A stretch of 64,000 nucleotides of DNA from Raillietiella orientalis (GCA_036172245.1 JAYWIR010000003.1:186001-250000); one strand, 5' to 3'. Numbered from the stretch's first letter, positions 12,641 to 26,146 are shown. The notes: generated from the sequence alone by a model not told the origin. Numbers and translations: made by a program.

Positions 12641-12879
12641 AAATCTATTCCCAAGTGGAACTGGCATTTAAGCATGCGAGCCTTGGCAACTGTCAAACGC
12701 CATTTTTTCCTTTTTTATCTTCAGTGTGTTTTGGACTAGTGAGTTTCATAAAAATTCTTCGCCGTTTTCTTTCCTCCACGCATCGTGTGCTTGTTGAGTG
12801 TTGGCTTCCCTGCAGTTTTGGACATTTGGAGCTGCTGGAGCGTGAAGACAAAGGAGAAAGAATCGACCGCGAAAAGCTT

Positions 12880-13300
12880 TGCAGCTATCACGTGACGAGG
12901 ATTCAGTGGCTCCGACTGCACCTGTTCTGTCGCGAGATTTGCCGAGAAGGGTCCTCGAGCACCCGTGGAACAAACGTCCACTCGGAGACACCAACGCAAA
13001 CGCGGCTAACGAGAAAGAACCGCTTGAAGTGGCAAAACCACCACGGAGCACGCAGAAACTGAAGGTGCGATCTCCTCCCTGTTGCAAGGTCCTCCTCTGG
13101 AAATGTGTCCATCCAAAGACGAGAATGCCATTCGCATCCCGGTTGGCTCAAGATTTGCATCCGCCAGCCTTAAGCGAACAGCGGCGGCAGTTCGATGCTT
13201 CCTGTTCGCGCGGGAGCGCGGCTGCCGCACTGGAAGAGGACAAGGCAGACCGAAGAAAGGAAGACAGACCAGGCAGTGGAAGCTGCCTCTACTGCTCTCC
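12880..13300 (+). mobile_element. Decayed AP-endonuclease (LINE ORF2 N-terminus) remnant
   Basis: Ordered degenerate motifs LGDTNA (GDFN), LLWKCVHP (DxWRxxHP), SRLAQD (SRID), LSEQ (SDH), followed by WKL. Confidence 0.55.
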
Positions 13301-15879
13301 CGCCGACAGAGGAGCACCGGCGCGGTAGGATCCCTGGAAGCCCAGAACAAGAAAAACGAGGAGGACCTGAAATCTAGCACATCTGGGGTCGCCACTTGGG
13401 TCACTGGTGAGGATAAACAGCTGACTGTCGGCGAGCTTCCTCCAGATGATAACAAAACAAGGGAAACTGGAAAATTCTCGCCAACATCCATTGTAAAAGC
13501 AGGGTTAAAAAATAACGTCCGAGATCTAGAGTAGCATTTAGAGAGTTCCTTACCATTGCTTTCCCGTGTTATAATGAAGCTGATGCAGTGTGTTTTCGTT
13601 ATGAGATTTTTTTGGTTTTAAAATGATGCCGTAATCGTTCCGCCGGAGCACTGGAATATATTTTATCGGAATGCATGCAGAGCCCTTTTCGTTTTCTATT
13701 CCCTCCACTCATAGAAAATGAGTTCTTTTCCTCCACTTGCGACTTCAAATGCATGAACAAAGGGGCGCTTTAGACTATCGTTCGTTTTGTGTGTGTGTGT
13801 GTGTGTTTTGGGGGGGGGGAGTTGCTTGGATTCCCAGTTTTAAAATCCTCATTCGTGAGCTTATTCTATATTCAATTAATTTTCCATGGATGGTGAAGCC
13901 TACGTGGAACATACTTAACCGTGGAATCGTCATTTCGTGTCGTTAGCGCGCAGCGTAAATTCTATTTGCAGGCACCATTTCTAGCAAACAGGCGAGCGGG
14001 AAAGGGCTGCCATCCCCTGAGGATTGCGAGTGGGCATGCTCCTGGTCCTCCAGGGATGCCAACAAACATCTATGCATTGAAACAAAAAAAAAAAAACAAT
14101 AGAGAAACCCCAACATCAACGATTGTGAATTAATTGTCACGTTATGGAAAATTGCATAATGGATGTGTCGTTTTGAAATTATGGCAGTAGGTGTGGATTG
14201 CCAAAACTCAGTTACCTCGAACGAAACTTGTATATGAAAATGACACTTCCAGGGACAAAAGGAATTCGGGATCGTTTGATTCGAATGCGTTTTCTTGCGA
14301 AATGGATTCAGATTTTAAATAAGTGAATGCAACTCTCTCATAAGGCAGAGCGAGCGCCTCCTGTCGAAATGGCGTCACTTTCAGTGTTGCCAACAGTAGG
14401 ACAACACTCTTGGGAACGCGCTGCTGAATACCTTCCTTCCCCTTGCCGCTTGACCTCTGATCAAAGTTTCCTCCGTTATGATCAAACTGATTGCATTAAT
14501 GAGCTGAATCCAAAGCTTTCGAGATTTTGTACATCTATTCTTTGGACTCCCATAACCGTGTTCTAATTAGGGTAATTCTGATTGATGACGAAATCGTGTT
14601 GAAATCGGTGCTTATGGTGATGCCCTTTCTTTCCTTTTTCCCTTGTCCTTATTCGGGATACGATAAGTCTTTTCTCCTTCAACACGAAATTTTCAGACCT
14701 CAGTTTCCAACATCTTCCGGTAAATTGGGAGCTGAAGATCGTTTCAGTTACCGTTTGGTCGCACTTTTTTTCCGTCAGAAACCATTTCGTGCCTTTCGGC
14801 AATATGCCGCACGGTACTAATGGAATGGAGAGCACGACGACACCGTCGTGCGGTGTCGAACACCATTTCGAAAGTGTCTGCAGACATTCCGAACGACATG
14901 CTAGAAGTGCACAGAAAATAGACCGCAATGTATTCATCCCAATTTCTTCTCGTAATTTCATTCCGTCTTAAGGGTGCACAAGGAAAGTGCACGGATCGAT
15001 GGAAACATGGGTTTGCCCACTCCCCGGGAAACTCCCTTTGGAAAGTTGGTTTCGAATGCCGGAACCCGAAAAGAATGAAAAATCAGTAATGAGCAGATCG
15101 TTTTTCACAAAGTACGAAAACTTCCAGTGGCATCTTACTCAAATTAGGCGTGTGCTGCTCGGTGTCCTGGGAGCAGTTGCGTAACAACGTAGCAGCGGTT
15201 CACGTTGCAGCATGGATCGCTAGGGCACGGTCCGCCTCACAGATGTCTAACCGGGCTTTTTCCTAGACTAAACTTCCTAGGTCTCTGGAGCGATGGGGTT
15301 CCCTTCAGCCACCCGATGCTTGACGTTCCCGTATCTAAAGTTTGGAGGATGAAAGCAGACCCAGCTGTACAACTCGGGTCTTTCCGTACACAGAGCTTCC
15401 AGTTTGCAGTGTGCACACTTTGCTGACAGCTATGTTTTCCTGGTCTCCCGTCACGGACAGGTTTTCTTGTGGAGCATTGCCCATTGTCACTACGCGCCTT
15501 TTCCTCCTTTTTCCGTGGTGTCCACCCCGACAGCTTCGACCGAATCATCGCAACGAGCGACGAGCACTGCGCCGCCGCGCGTCCTCTCCCTGCCTCTTCT
15601 GGACGCACGAGATGCAGTGGGGCGAAAGGAGGGGGAGGGGCAAGTCGAACCCCGTGCGTGGCGATGCGTGTGCACCTCGATCAGCAAAGGAAATCGTCCA
15701 TCATCTATTAAGTCCACAGAAGAAGGACCAAATCGGCAGCACTGAGGGGAACAGCGTCTCGGGGAGCCGTTTCGGGCAGCCTCCGGAAAGCAGGGATAGC
15801 GCAAGAGCTCTCCCTAGGATCTTCCAGGCAACCGGAGAAGGAGAAAGCAGGATGGACGGAGTCGGCGACGGATCCCTCA

Positions 15880-16450
15880 GGTGGACACCCCGCCTCTTCC
15901 CCTGGCCTCGCGTACACGAAGGCGAATGGAGGCGCTGTCGCTCACCAGAACCATCCTGAGTCGTCGGAGGGTCCAGAGGGAATCAATCAATCGGGCGCGG
16001 CGCGGTCCTTGCAGACGAGACCGGAAATGGGCGGTGACAGCGCTTCTGGTCCGCTCGTGGAGAGCTAGGCAAGATGAGAGGAGGATTCAGGTGGATCCAG
16101 ACGTCCCGAAGCTGCACACGCGAGACGAGGGGGTAAGAATGCGCCCACGGGAAGAAGGCAGAGAACGAAGGACGTCGGAAGGATCGGGCCTGGCAAACCC
16201 GGAGAGATCCCTGTCCTCCCAGAAGACCCGTTGAGGGAACCGACTGTTCCTCACCTCGTGTGAAAGGGCGCGGCAGCCGAGAACTGATACCCCCTCCCCC
16301 CAGCTCGAAGAAACCGCCCCAACTGGTTCGAAAACCAGGAAATCCCACGCCGAGAAGTTCCATGATGCGGGTGGTTCGAGAGTCTGGCGGTCCACGCAGA
16401 GGAATTCAGACTTTTCTTCCACCCGGATCTTCGGAGCCGATCTGTTCCCC
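15880..16450 (-). mobile_element. Decayed AP-endonuclease remnant of a LINE
   Basis: LLGVGFP...FF, LLGG, LRDVWIHLNP, then (frameshift) RLID...VSDS...RGRG. This matches the L1/Tx1 endonuclease motif order. Confidence 0.6.
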
Positions 16451-17409
16451 TGTCGCCCACGAGGTTCTCAGCCCGACCTCTCCGCGTGATACGGCGCAGC
16501 CGCAGGCAAAAGCGGGGGCAACGGCCTGTTCTCAACTTCGAAGGAACCTTCCAGAGAGCGCACCCCAGAGGAGCCACTCAAAAAGGGGGCAGCTGGAGGG
16601 CCACTGGGTCGCCACCGACTCCAGCCGGGACACAGGTGAACTATCGGCTGAGAGAGAGAGCGGACGGAGAGGCTGCGATTCTTTGCCTCCCGGTCGCAAC
16701 CTAAGATGCGAAGAAACCTGGGACTCGAAACGGACCGCAGGAAAAGCCAGCGAGGGAGGAATCGCTCAGGATCTTCAAAGGTCGCTCCCGGAGAGGTCAC
16801 GGATGCCCACGTAACGGCATCCCACCCATCCATTGACCATTCCAATACCGCGGTGACGCATATGCAGGTGCAGCAGCCATCCCCGAAGGAGAAAACTCTG
16901 GTGTCTTTCGCCGTGGGGTCTACGGAAGGCCTTCGCTGGACCCTCTCAAGAGATTCGATCGGACGCTGGTACACGTGGACGGTACCAACGGCAACGAAAC
17001 AAGGAACGTCAAAGGCAGGTCATCACAGGCACCCGTTGTCTTGGCAAACCCGGGCAGATCTTCAAAGCGCATCTGCCGGGAAAAGAGCGAAGGTGCTCGC
17101 GGGCATTTTTGCGCGCTTCGAGTGGCCACAGGCAGGGCTTACGCGGCAGGGGAAGCAGGCATTTTCAGGGAGCATGTTCTTTCTCGATACTCTCCTAGTA
17201 TCGAGAAAGAACCACCCCGGGGAACCCCGTTCGGGATCTCGTCGCCGACTGGGGCAACGAGTTCGTCACGAGCCGTCGCACCTGTGGGACTCCTGTTTGC
17301 TCCTTTCCTTACCGCCTTTTTTGGGGGAGGGGGGGGGGGAACTCACGAAGCTCTTTGACACTGTTCACGCTACCCGAGGGTGGACGTCACTCTTTCGCAG
17401 TTGTAGGGA

Positions 17410-18015
17410 TCAACCCCACAGGGAACGCCCCATGAATCCAGGAAGGGTTCCGGAGGAAGGAGGAAGGAGTTTGTTCCTCTCTTACCCTTGGGAGGGAACG
17501 CCGAAGGGAACCTCCTCTTCCTTAATCTATCCGGAGATTCCTCAGAGGAAGCCACTTCTCATTTCTTCTCAAAGGGGAACCCGAAAAGGATCTGCTCTTC
17601 CCACTTCCCTCTTCTGAAGAGGAACCCCGAAGGGACGCTTCCCGATTTCTCTGAAGGGGGCTCCCCGAAGAGAGCAGCGCGCCTCTTGCACTCTGGAGTG
17701 GTGTCAATCAACCTTCCCCGTGGAACGCGATGGAGAGGGTTCCCCCATGGGAGAGGGGACGGCTCCTCGATTCCTGGAAGGACTCCGGAGGCCAGTCAAA
17801 GGGGTATCCGCGGGTTTCCTTCTACTTCCACCAGTGCCGCACCCAAAACCTACTGGCCAGCCAACCAGCACAAGCTCCGGGGGGGGGGGGGGAGGATTTT
17901 TATTAAACAAACGATGCACCCCGCGTTCTCGACGTCGACCCTTCCCCGGGCGGGATTCAAACCCGCGACGCTTGGTTCGTCGCGCGAAGACTGCAGCCAC
18001 ATGGCCGTACGTCCT
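17410..18015 (-). mobile_element. tRNA-headed SINE-like element, ~600-bp copy
   Basis: Minus-strand B-box GGGTTTGAATCCC (17952-17964). Body and end (cccttcctggattcat) shared with 22015-22730 and 31885-32365. Confidence 0.7.
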
Positions 18016-18299
18016 TAGGACTGCTACGCAAACGGAGTGTGTCCCGCCAAAACTTTTCGACCCCCGGCATGTTTGGACGTTCCGATGCGTTCCGATGCCG
18101 CACGTAGGAGCGTGACTGGATGTTTTCTTCTTCTTCTTCTTCTTTTTAGCAATTCGCTTGAGAGTTCGTAAGCGCGGGACTCTGGCGACGCTGCTGGCAG
18201 CGTGCAGCCGCTGTGCACGTTGCCAAGCAACTCCTTAGTTCGCGAGCGCAGTTTCGTGGAATTTCGTTCCCGCGACGTTCAGGCAGCGGATGTTGTCAG

Positions 18300-19010
18300 A
18301 CTTCCGGCGGTCGGCGTGCAATTTAATTGCCGCGAGAAACTCGGATCGAATCGTGGATGGGGGCGCAGCGAACGAGCGTCTTCAGGCGGGTCCCGGATTC
18401 CGCGACGACTTCCGTCCAGAGCGGGAGCGGCGCTGCCTCTCACCGCTGGAACCGGAGTAGAGGGAGCGCTCCGTCTCGGGATCCCGCGCGTGCGTGGCGC
18501 AGGGTGCGTGCTTGTACCTTCCCTCGAGGAAGCCAGCGGCTCACACCGGCAGCGAAGGCCGCGACCAGTCGGGCAGGCGCCTCCTCCCGTGTTCCTCCGA
18601 AGCAAAGGCCCCGCGAACGGTAGTGACTGGCTGCAGGAAACTGCTGTTCTCACGTGGGCGAGGAACCAGGAGCGATGCCCGCGCGTTTTCTGTACGGACC
18701 TTACAGCAGCTGCTCGCTCCTGGAGATCATCGAACATCCCACGGAGAGCCCGTGGGCAGGTAGGAGGACCTCCTTTGCTGTAGCTCTGCTTCCCCGAGGG
18801 AACACACGGGCAGCAGCCTTCCGGCTAGATGGGTGGTTTCCGTGGGAATCCCCACAGGGACAAAAAGACTACGAGTGAGTGGATGACGGGCCAGCTTACA
18901 GACACTGCGATCCCGATTGCCCCACCTCAAGGACTTCTGCGCTGGGGCGAGCTACTGGGTATTCCGCTGGAAGATCTACAGTGGCCCCCAGTGTTCTTGC
19001 ACACACGTAC
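18300..19010 (+). mobile_element. Decayed internal ORF2 fragment of the Tx1-like family
   Basis: GLLRWGELLGIPLEDL matches GLLRWSELLVVAPEEL in the 11.3-12.6 kb copy. DNA similarity to 10340-10435. Confidence 0.6.
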
Positions 19011-20699
19011 CCTCCTTTTAAAGGAAGATCTTACTTTTTGGGGGGGGGGGAGGAGGAGGGTTGTGGCGCACGCTGGAGACACTCTTCAGAGCCTCACTGG
19101 TGACGCCCTCTGAGGAAGCGCCCACCACAGATGGAGGACGAACATCGGCCACCTGCAGGAGATGCACCTGCTTTGCTTCTTGCGTGCTTCCTGCGCGACA
19201 GCGACACCCACTGGTAGTCGGTGGGCGGCGGGACAGACGACGGAAGGGTCCCCCTGCTCGTTTCGTTGCCGGGCGAAGTTCTCGGCGGCTCCTCCTGCCA
19301 CCGTCCTTCCAGCAAAGCGGTCAGGTAAGGGAGAGGGAAGCCGAACCTCTTCGCACCTCGTCTCCAGGAGTGCGCAGGGGCAGGGCGGTGGCGTCAGGGG
19401 ACATCGGGAACGCCTCCAGGAGAGACTCCCGGTACAAGGATCTGCGGATCTGTCTCCGTCCCCCGGGTCCTCTGCAGGACGGCACGCTGACCTTCGCGTC
19501 TCCCCAGTGCCGTGCGGCGCAGCGATCTTCCTGCTGTCCCTGCGTGCGCGTGCTGTGGCGGACCTCTTCGAGACTGTTCGCGAAAGTAGAGAGTCGAGAG
19601 CGGGCACTCCTGAGCATCCGGGCTCTCGACCTAAGGACACGACTTTGACATGGAGTGCTGCTTGGCAGGTGCCCAGGAGGCACGGGACTTGAGACATCAC
19701 GGGATTGGGGGAGAGGAAGAAGGGGGGCAGAAATGCTCTGCCGGGACGCTTTCTGGGAGGATCGGGAGGAAGAAGGGAAGGAGGAACTGTGGGTAGCCAT
19801 GGGAATAGGATGCGAGCTGGCCTCTCTACCTCCCACCTGATCCAGAAGCACTCCACCAGTCACCACCCCGACCATGGCGAGGAAGCGCTTCTTCAACAGG
19901 AGAGGAGGATCTCCGAGTTGGAGGGCGAAGAGCCCTCAAGGGGAGGACAGACGGTGATCTTCCCGTGTGCAGCCAAGGCCGTAAGGGAAAAAGCTGGGAG
20001 GAGGGAGGAGCAGGGTTTCTGTGGGAGAAAAGAAAGTGTGGAGGATGACCCGGGCCAAGGAACCCGACGGCGTTTTGTGGACGCGCTTGCGAGGAGGTGG
20101 TGGATGCTTCAAGGAAAGGGAGTGCCTGAGGGGCACGACGGACAAGGGTGTCGAGCCCTCTTGCTCGAGACGCGACAAGTCGCCCTTCCGGACCGCCGAA
20201 AAAGTCTTTCCGTGGGCAGGGAATGGAAGGGTCGCTGCTTGACCCTGGGGACTTCTTGCCTCGGCCGTCCGAGGAAGACTTCAATTGAGCGGAGGCAGAG
20301 ATGAGGAGGAGGAGAAGAAGGGAGGAAGACACCGCAGATCTCGCATGAGCAGAAGATCAGCCGATGGTCTCTCTCTTCCGACTTGGACGCCACATCTCTC
20401 GCAGTCCTCCTTCATCCAAACACTAGCCTCCTAGTGGTCCAGAGCAAGGTGTGAAGCCACCCACTCTTCTCGGCGGCATGGCCGTTTTCTCCAGCGAGAA
20501 CACCCTCACTTTGACGTCCGGCCGAAGGCCGGAGCGACCCGCACACGTGTCTCAAGGTTCTTTAGCTTACGCCAGGTTCTTTCGCTTGCTCGGAATCGGA
20601 CATTTAGAGCTGATGAATCCTCTTTCGGATGGCCCTCCAGGGGCCCGCATCTGATTTCTGGAGGGAAGGAAGGGCTTCACGAAAGTAGCAGACGGGAAA

Positions 20700-21500
20700 A
20701 GAAGACCAGCTTCATGCCCTCCGGGGATGCCTTTAGAAATCGCCAGCCGAATCCTTGAGTGGTGATTGCCCGGTAGACCTTGAGTTGCGTCTCCCGAACT
20801 GATCTTCCTGGCCCGTTGCTGCGTGTGTGTGGGTGGGGGAGTGGAGATAGATTTTTCTTGTGATTTCTTCCTGATGATAACGAGGGAATCATTGGATCAC
20901 AGAAAACACCGTAAGCGCAGGCAGGCAGACAAGTTAGGCAAGAAACACGGTGTTTGGCGTGCCAGACTATGAGGAACTCGGTCGGTATTCTTTTGCGATT
21001 GCGCTGACATCTGAGGAACATCGGCTGGACATCCCTGCACTCCTAGAGGAAGCAAAAACAAGGCGCGTTGCAAGAATTCCATGAGGACGTGCCGGTGAAG
21101 CTTTCCGTGAGATCACACTTTCTTAGAGACACTTTCCGTGAGAAGTCCCATCGGTGAAGCTTTGAATGACGCCAATGCGGAGTCCGTGGAAACAAAGGGA
21201 GGTGACCCTTGATACATTTGAAGGGCCACCGCTGGTGAATTCGTTCGCTTCGCTCTCATCTCTAAATGCTCACTCGAGTAGAATCTTTCATACAAACAGG
21301 AAGAGAAGACACGTAACCACCGCTCGTTCCTCAAAGTCATGTCCGTTGTACCTTTGGTCTTTTCCCACAATCATGTTTGAACACATTCACGAAACATCTT
21401 CTACGCAGGAAAAGCAGGGAAGGAGGGAGAAAGATGGAAACAAAAGGATGATATTTGAAAAAGCATCAGCGTCGTCAACTTGTGGCAGCATGCGTTCTCC
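20700..21500 (-). mobile_element. Decayed LINE RT N-terminal remnant
   Basis: LYERFYSS, MEFLQ, CLTCLPACAYGVF and PGRSVRE appear in the order expected for L1/Tx1 RT subdomains 0-2. Many disruptions. Confidence 0.45.
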
Positions 21501-21534
21501 AAGAAAATCAGGTCTGTAGCAGCATTCCTGCGTT

Positions 21535-21860
21535 AGCGGTCGTGTGGCTGCGGTCTCTGGGCGTGGGAACCAGAGTTGGGAGTTCGAATCCCCACGAGGA
21601 GGGTCGGCGCCGATAACTGAGGGTGCGTCATGGATTTCGAGTCCTAATTCCCTCGCAGGAGAACTCAGACTGGCTGTAGGCTTAGGGTGAGGCACTGATG
21701 GAGGTAGGAAATCGCATGTTCCTGTTGACTGGCCAGGATCGGAAGTTGATTCTCCGGGGTCCTTCCAGGAAGCCAGGAAAGAGGGGCCATTCCCCTATGG
21801 AGGTGAAAATAGTGCCATCCCCTCCCCCCATGGGCAGGGGGACCTCCACCGTGTTCCTTG
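21535..21860 (+). mobile_element. tRNA-headed SINE-like element, partial copy
   Basis: gtgtggctgcggtc head, B-box GAGTTCGAATCC (21580-21591), shared body (ttgactggcc...gggtccttccaggaa). Confidence 0.7.
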
Positions 21861-22014
21861 GAACTGGTTCGCCAAGTACCTCATAGCCGGTCGCGTGCCT
21901 TGCGGCGCACCTGGCTCTTTAAACACAGTTTTGTTTCCACGCCTCTCCCCTGCGACAACACCGCAGGGGAGCGTGTAATTCTTCAGGATAGGGGGCACCC
22001 CGGAATGGAGGGGT

Positions 22015-22730
22015 CTGCCCTATGAATCCAGGAAGGGCTCAGAGTGCGTTCCTCTCACGCTTGGGGAGGGATCCCCTCCGGATGGGGAGGATCTCACCTG
22101 CCACCCTGGTTGTCGCCTGAAGGGAATCTCCTTCCTCATTCTCTTCGAAGGGACACCCCCGGGAGGGGGGAATCCTCTCCATTTCATCTTCTCCGGAGGA
22201 AACCCGCAGGAGAACCGCTCCTGTTCACTCCTGTTCAAGAGAACCCGAAAGGACGCTTCCGAAATTTAGAAGGGGAGCTGCAGCTTCCCGCAGGGGGATC
22301 GCTCTCGCTTGCTTCCTTGCACTTTCTAGAGAGGCGGCGACTCGGAGGGTCCCGCCGGCGATGGAAGGGGGGGGTCCGCTCCTTTAAACAACTGGAGAGG
22401 TGCCTATGAAGGCTCCTTCTCCATCTTGAAACTGGAGGGGTCCCCCGGTGAGGGGGCCCGCTCTCCGTTGCACGACAAGAGGGGGAACTCCCCACTCCTT
22501 TATTCCTGGAAGGACCCGAAGGTCGACTTACATTGTTCCGGCCTTCATCAGGGGCCTCCCGGTTTAATCCACCGCCGGTGCCACTCCCGAATGTCTCGGC
22601 CATCCAGCGCCATCTTGCAGGAGAAACTCGGAACCCAACGACGCAGTGGCGTCAGTTTCTGCAAGGGTATTCGAACCCACGACGCATGGTACCACACGCG
22701 GAAGTCTTAACCACAAAGTCTCCGACGCGG
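22015..22730 (-). mobile_element. tRNA-headed SINE-like element, ~700-bp copy
   Basis: Minus-strand head gtggttaagacttccgcgtgtgg...gggttcgaatacc (A/B-box-like). Shared body and end cccttcctggattcatagg. Confidence 0.7.
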
Positions 22731-24790
22731 GCCTTGGAACTGTTTGAAACCTCGCCAGAGTGTAAGAAGCACGCTGCTCCCAACTCGGTTCGAACCGCAG
22801 AGACCCATATAGCTCCCAAGCAACTTTATGGTTTGGACTTTCTGCAAGTTCGATTTGGTTTTGTTTTTTCGAGTTGTTGCCTGCCGTCATCGTGCATCCT
22901 CGGAGTGGGCTCTCGGAACCAGGACACGTGATTTCCGCTCGTTTCCTCCTCCGTGGGAGCACCAACCGCCTCTGCGTGCGGCTCTGACGAGCCTGCTTCT
23001 CTCTGTGATCGGCTTCCCGTGCCATCAGGGAAAAGAAGAAAACAAAATTCTTCTTCCAAACCCCAGAAAATAAGCACGTATGGATTTATAGATTCTTCAC
23101 CAGATAGTCCACGCTGGAATTGGAATCACTGCTGTTCCTTTGACAAATTGGTGGATGGAGAAGCTTATGCGTGCTGCTTTCTTCGATGCTGTCGGAATGA
23201 GTGCAATTTCTCTTCTCGGTGCTAAAGGAAAGCAGTAAATTATGTTGTCTTCGTTTTTGCATAGGTAAACCAATCGGCCTATCGTGAAGCGGAGGGTGAG
23301 AAATACGCCTTCCAGACGGAAAATGGGAATTTCTCGAGAGAAAACGCGGGCCAATGCTATTCACGGAACGGAAGTACCACTCTCCCTGAAGCGATAGCCA
23401 GGCGGTATTGAAATTCAGCTCTTTCCCAGTCGCTCAGTCGAAGTCTTGCAATAAATGTGCAATAATAAATAAATAAATTCTTTCTGGCTTTCTCTGGAAT
23501 GGAGGTGTGAACGAGTGTCTTTCGGGGCTGTGCGAGTTCGAATCGCGTTTCCACGCGGCAGACAGTGAGCACATAGGAAAGTTGGTGGGTAGAGAAAGAA
23601 GTACTGTGGTGCAGTGTTGTTTTGGTGCTTTACATCCCAGTGCCTGCATAGCAGTAGAAATCAGAACTTTGCCTTCGGGCGAAGGGTTTTTTTTGGATGC
23701 TTCGGTGGCCAGTTGTGCAGCTGCGTCTCCGGTATATGGTGTGGGAGAAGAAGGAAAACAGTTTTCCCATTTAGTTTTCGTATTTAGAAGTATCATTGCT
23801 TTCTTCTTCTTCTTCTTCTTTAACCCGTGCTTTTGTAGAGGAAGAAATCACGGCGTGGGTTTGAAGAGCTTTCGAAGGCCGAAGAGACGGCGTCGGTAAA
23901 GTGAGCCCGTGGGGATGAGTGGTCATCTGAAAGAAGCCTCCGGGGGGAGGTGCGCTTGTCAGGTCACTTGGCGTAAAGGAGACAAACCGTCGAAAGCAAA
24001 CATTTTTAATTCAAAAAGTGGATCCATGGGACCTGAAGCCAGCATTTACCCTAAAGGCCACCTTCGGTTGATTCATTCACAATTTGTGCGTGTAGTATTA
24101 TGTACAACACAAATATTTTTTTTTTTGACAAGTGTGATTTAAAGTTGAATGTGTTAAATTCACTGCACTTTACATTGGTATAAATGTTTCACCCCTATTG
24201 GGAAAGGAGCCCCTTATAAAATGAGTGCACTTTATCTGATATCTTCAAAAGTAATAATTTTGTAATTCCGTTATTTAAAGTTTTCAAATGGCAATGAAGT
24301 GCTAGTAAGTGACTAGCCATGAAGTGCTTTTGGCTACTACATTAATGCCCTCTTATATGTGCAAGTAATGAAAGGTACAAGTACTCATACTTCTCCTATC
24401 AATTGCTCGTGTTTCTTTTTGAGTTTAAATATTATTTGAATAATTGTGGACGTCCGTATCGTGTTTTGTGATTTGCCATTATTTTATTTGTCATATAAAT
24501 ACCAGTATATATATATTTTTGCCATCCCAGGTAGCTCAAAAAACCATAAAATTTCTTTAGAATACAAATTTTTGTTAGATTTAGAAGAAAAGAACCAGAA
24601 AGCCAATACAGATTCAATTCACCGGATTCAGTGCTCTGAATGAAGCAGAAAAATGATAGCTTTGTAAACTTCTAAATGTGTTCCTTCAGAATAGATCGGG
24701 TGGATTCATGTCGTTATATTGATCCAGTGTACTAACAAAGTGAGACAAAGAATTTCAAGTTTCAAGTGGAACAGGAATGATAAAACAAAA

Positions 24791-26132
24791 ATGCAGAATT
24801 CCTCCAGGAAGGTGTTAGCTTTAAGTATACTATGCATAGTTATAGTTCAATGTAAAAGTAAGACTGGATACGTTTTGTTTTGTCCATGTATGGGTGAGTA
24901 GATGCTAAGGTTAACTGGTTAATAAATGTACGTAGGAAGGTTTGGTAATCAAGTGGATCAGTTTCTGGGAACCGTTGCTTTTGTCAAAAGCATAAACCGT
25001 ACTCTGGTATTACCCCCTTGGGTTGAATATCACCCTGGAAAAAGACATTCTGTGAGTGAGGCAAGGGAGAAAGGACAAATAACACTGAGGTGCAGGTGCA
25101 GGTTCCTTTTGACACTTACTTCTTGGTGGAACCCTTAAACAGCTACTTGCCTGTTGTCACCATGGAGAAGTTCATGGAGTTGCAACAATCAACCTTATGG
25201 CCACAAGGAAAAAGAATAGGTAAAAACCATGATAACTGATGCTAAACTCATGGACTTAGCTTATTGCTATGGGCCAAGAACTGGTTCTAAAGGATGCAGT
25301 CCAAAAGATGGCAACCCTTTTGGCCCATTCTGGGATACATTTGGAGTTGATTTTGATGGAAGCCAGTTTTTTGCTCCATTACATCATTCTAGTGATCCTA
25401 AGGAGTGGGTTCAGAAATTTCCGATCAATGAGCATCCTGTTCTGGCATTTGTGTCTGCTCCAGCTCCCTTTCCTATTCGAGCTGCATTTCGTGATTTGCA
25501 GAAATACCTTGTATGGTCACCAGAAGTAGAAAAAAAGGCTTCCACTTTTTTAAAGACTCATGCAATCAAAGGAAATTACGTTGGTATCCATCTGAGAAAT
25601 GGACCTGACTGGGTAATAAGACTTTCTGCATTTGTGCTTTAAAAAAAGCAAGAATTAGCTACATGCTTGTGACCTAATCAAGCAAGGGAGCAAGAGTCTG
25701 TTTGCATCACCCCAGTGCCTAGGAGAGTTGGGAGAGCATGGTTCACTCACCATGGATCTTTGTCTCCCTTTAGAACGCACCATCATGTCCCAAGTCAGAT
25801 CTGCTGCAAAAAAATTCCGTGCAGTTGCTGTGTATGTAGCTACAGATCATGATGACATGAAAGATCAGCTCCAAGAGCTTCTGCATCCCATGAATGTAAA
25901 GTAGGAAACTTCCCTGTTGCTTACTTGACCAGTCTTCCAGGTGTCTGTGATTTTGTTGGATGCCCCCGATCCACACGTAGATCTTTTTATTCTGGGAAAG
26001 GCCAACTTTTTTATCGGAAATTGCGTTTCTTCCTTTTCAGCGTTCGTTAAGAGGGAGCGAGATGTGATGGGTTTGCCTTCAACATTTTGGGCCATTTCTA
26101 GGAAGCGTTCGTTGAAACGCACGGAATTGTAG
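24791..26132 (+). CDS. POFUT1: GDP-fucose protein O-fucosyltransferase 1 (six exons)
   Basis: Exons 24791-24893, 24936-25051, 25096-25219, 25260-25612, 25659-25895, 25941-26132; all GT-AG and phase-consistent. Diagnostic motifs [75 protein letters not shown]-terminal signal peptide and C-terminal RTEL. Confidence 0.97.
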
Positions 26133-26140
26133 CAACTCTG

Positions 26141-26146
26141 AATAAA
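26141..26146 (+). terminator. Polyadenylation signal of POFUT1
   Basis: AATAAA 8 nt after the stop codon. Confidence 0.7.

Noticed and set aside
23820..24050. Small minus-strand two-exon ORF (MLASGPMDPLFELKMFAFD/DDHSSPRAHF...) head-to-head with POFUT1
   Set aside because: A ~60-nt intron can be drawn, but the product is short and unrecognised and alternative frames are equally plausible.
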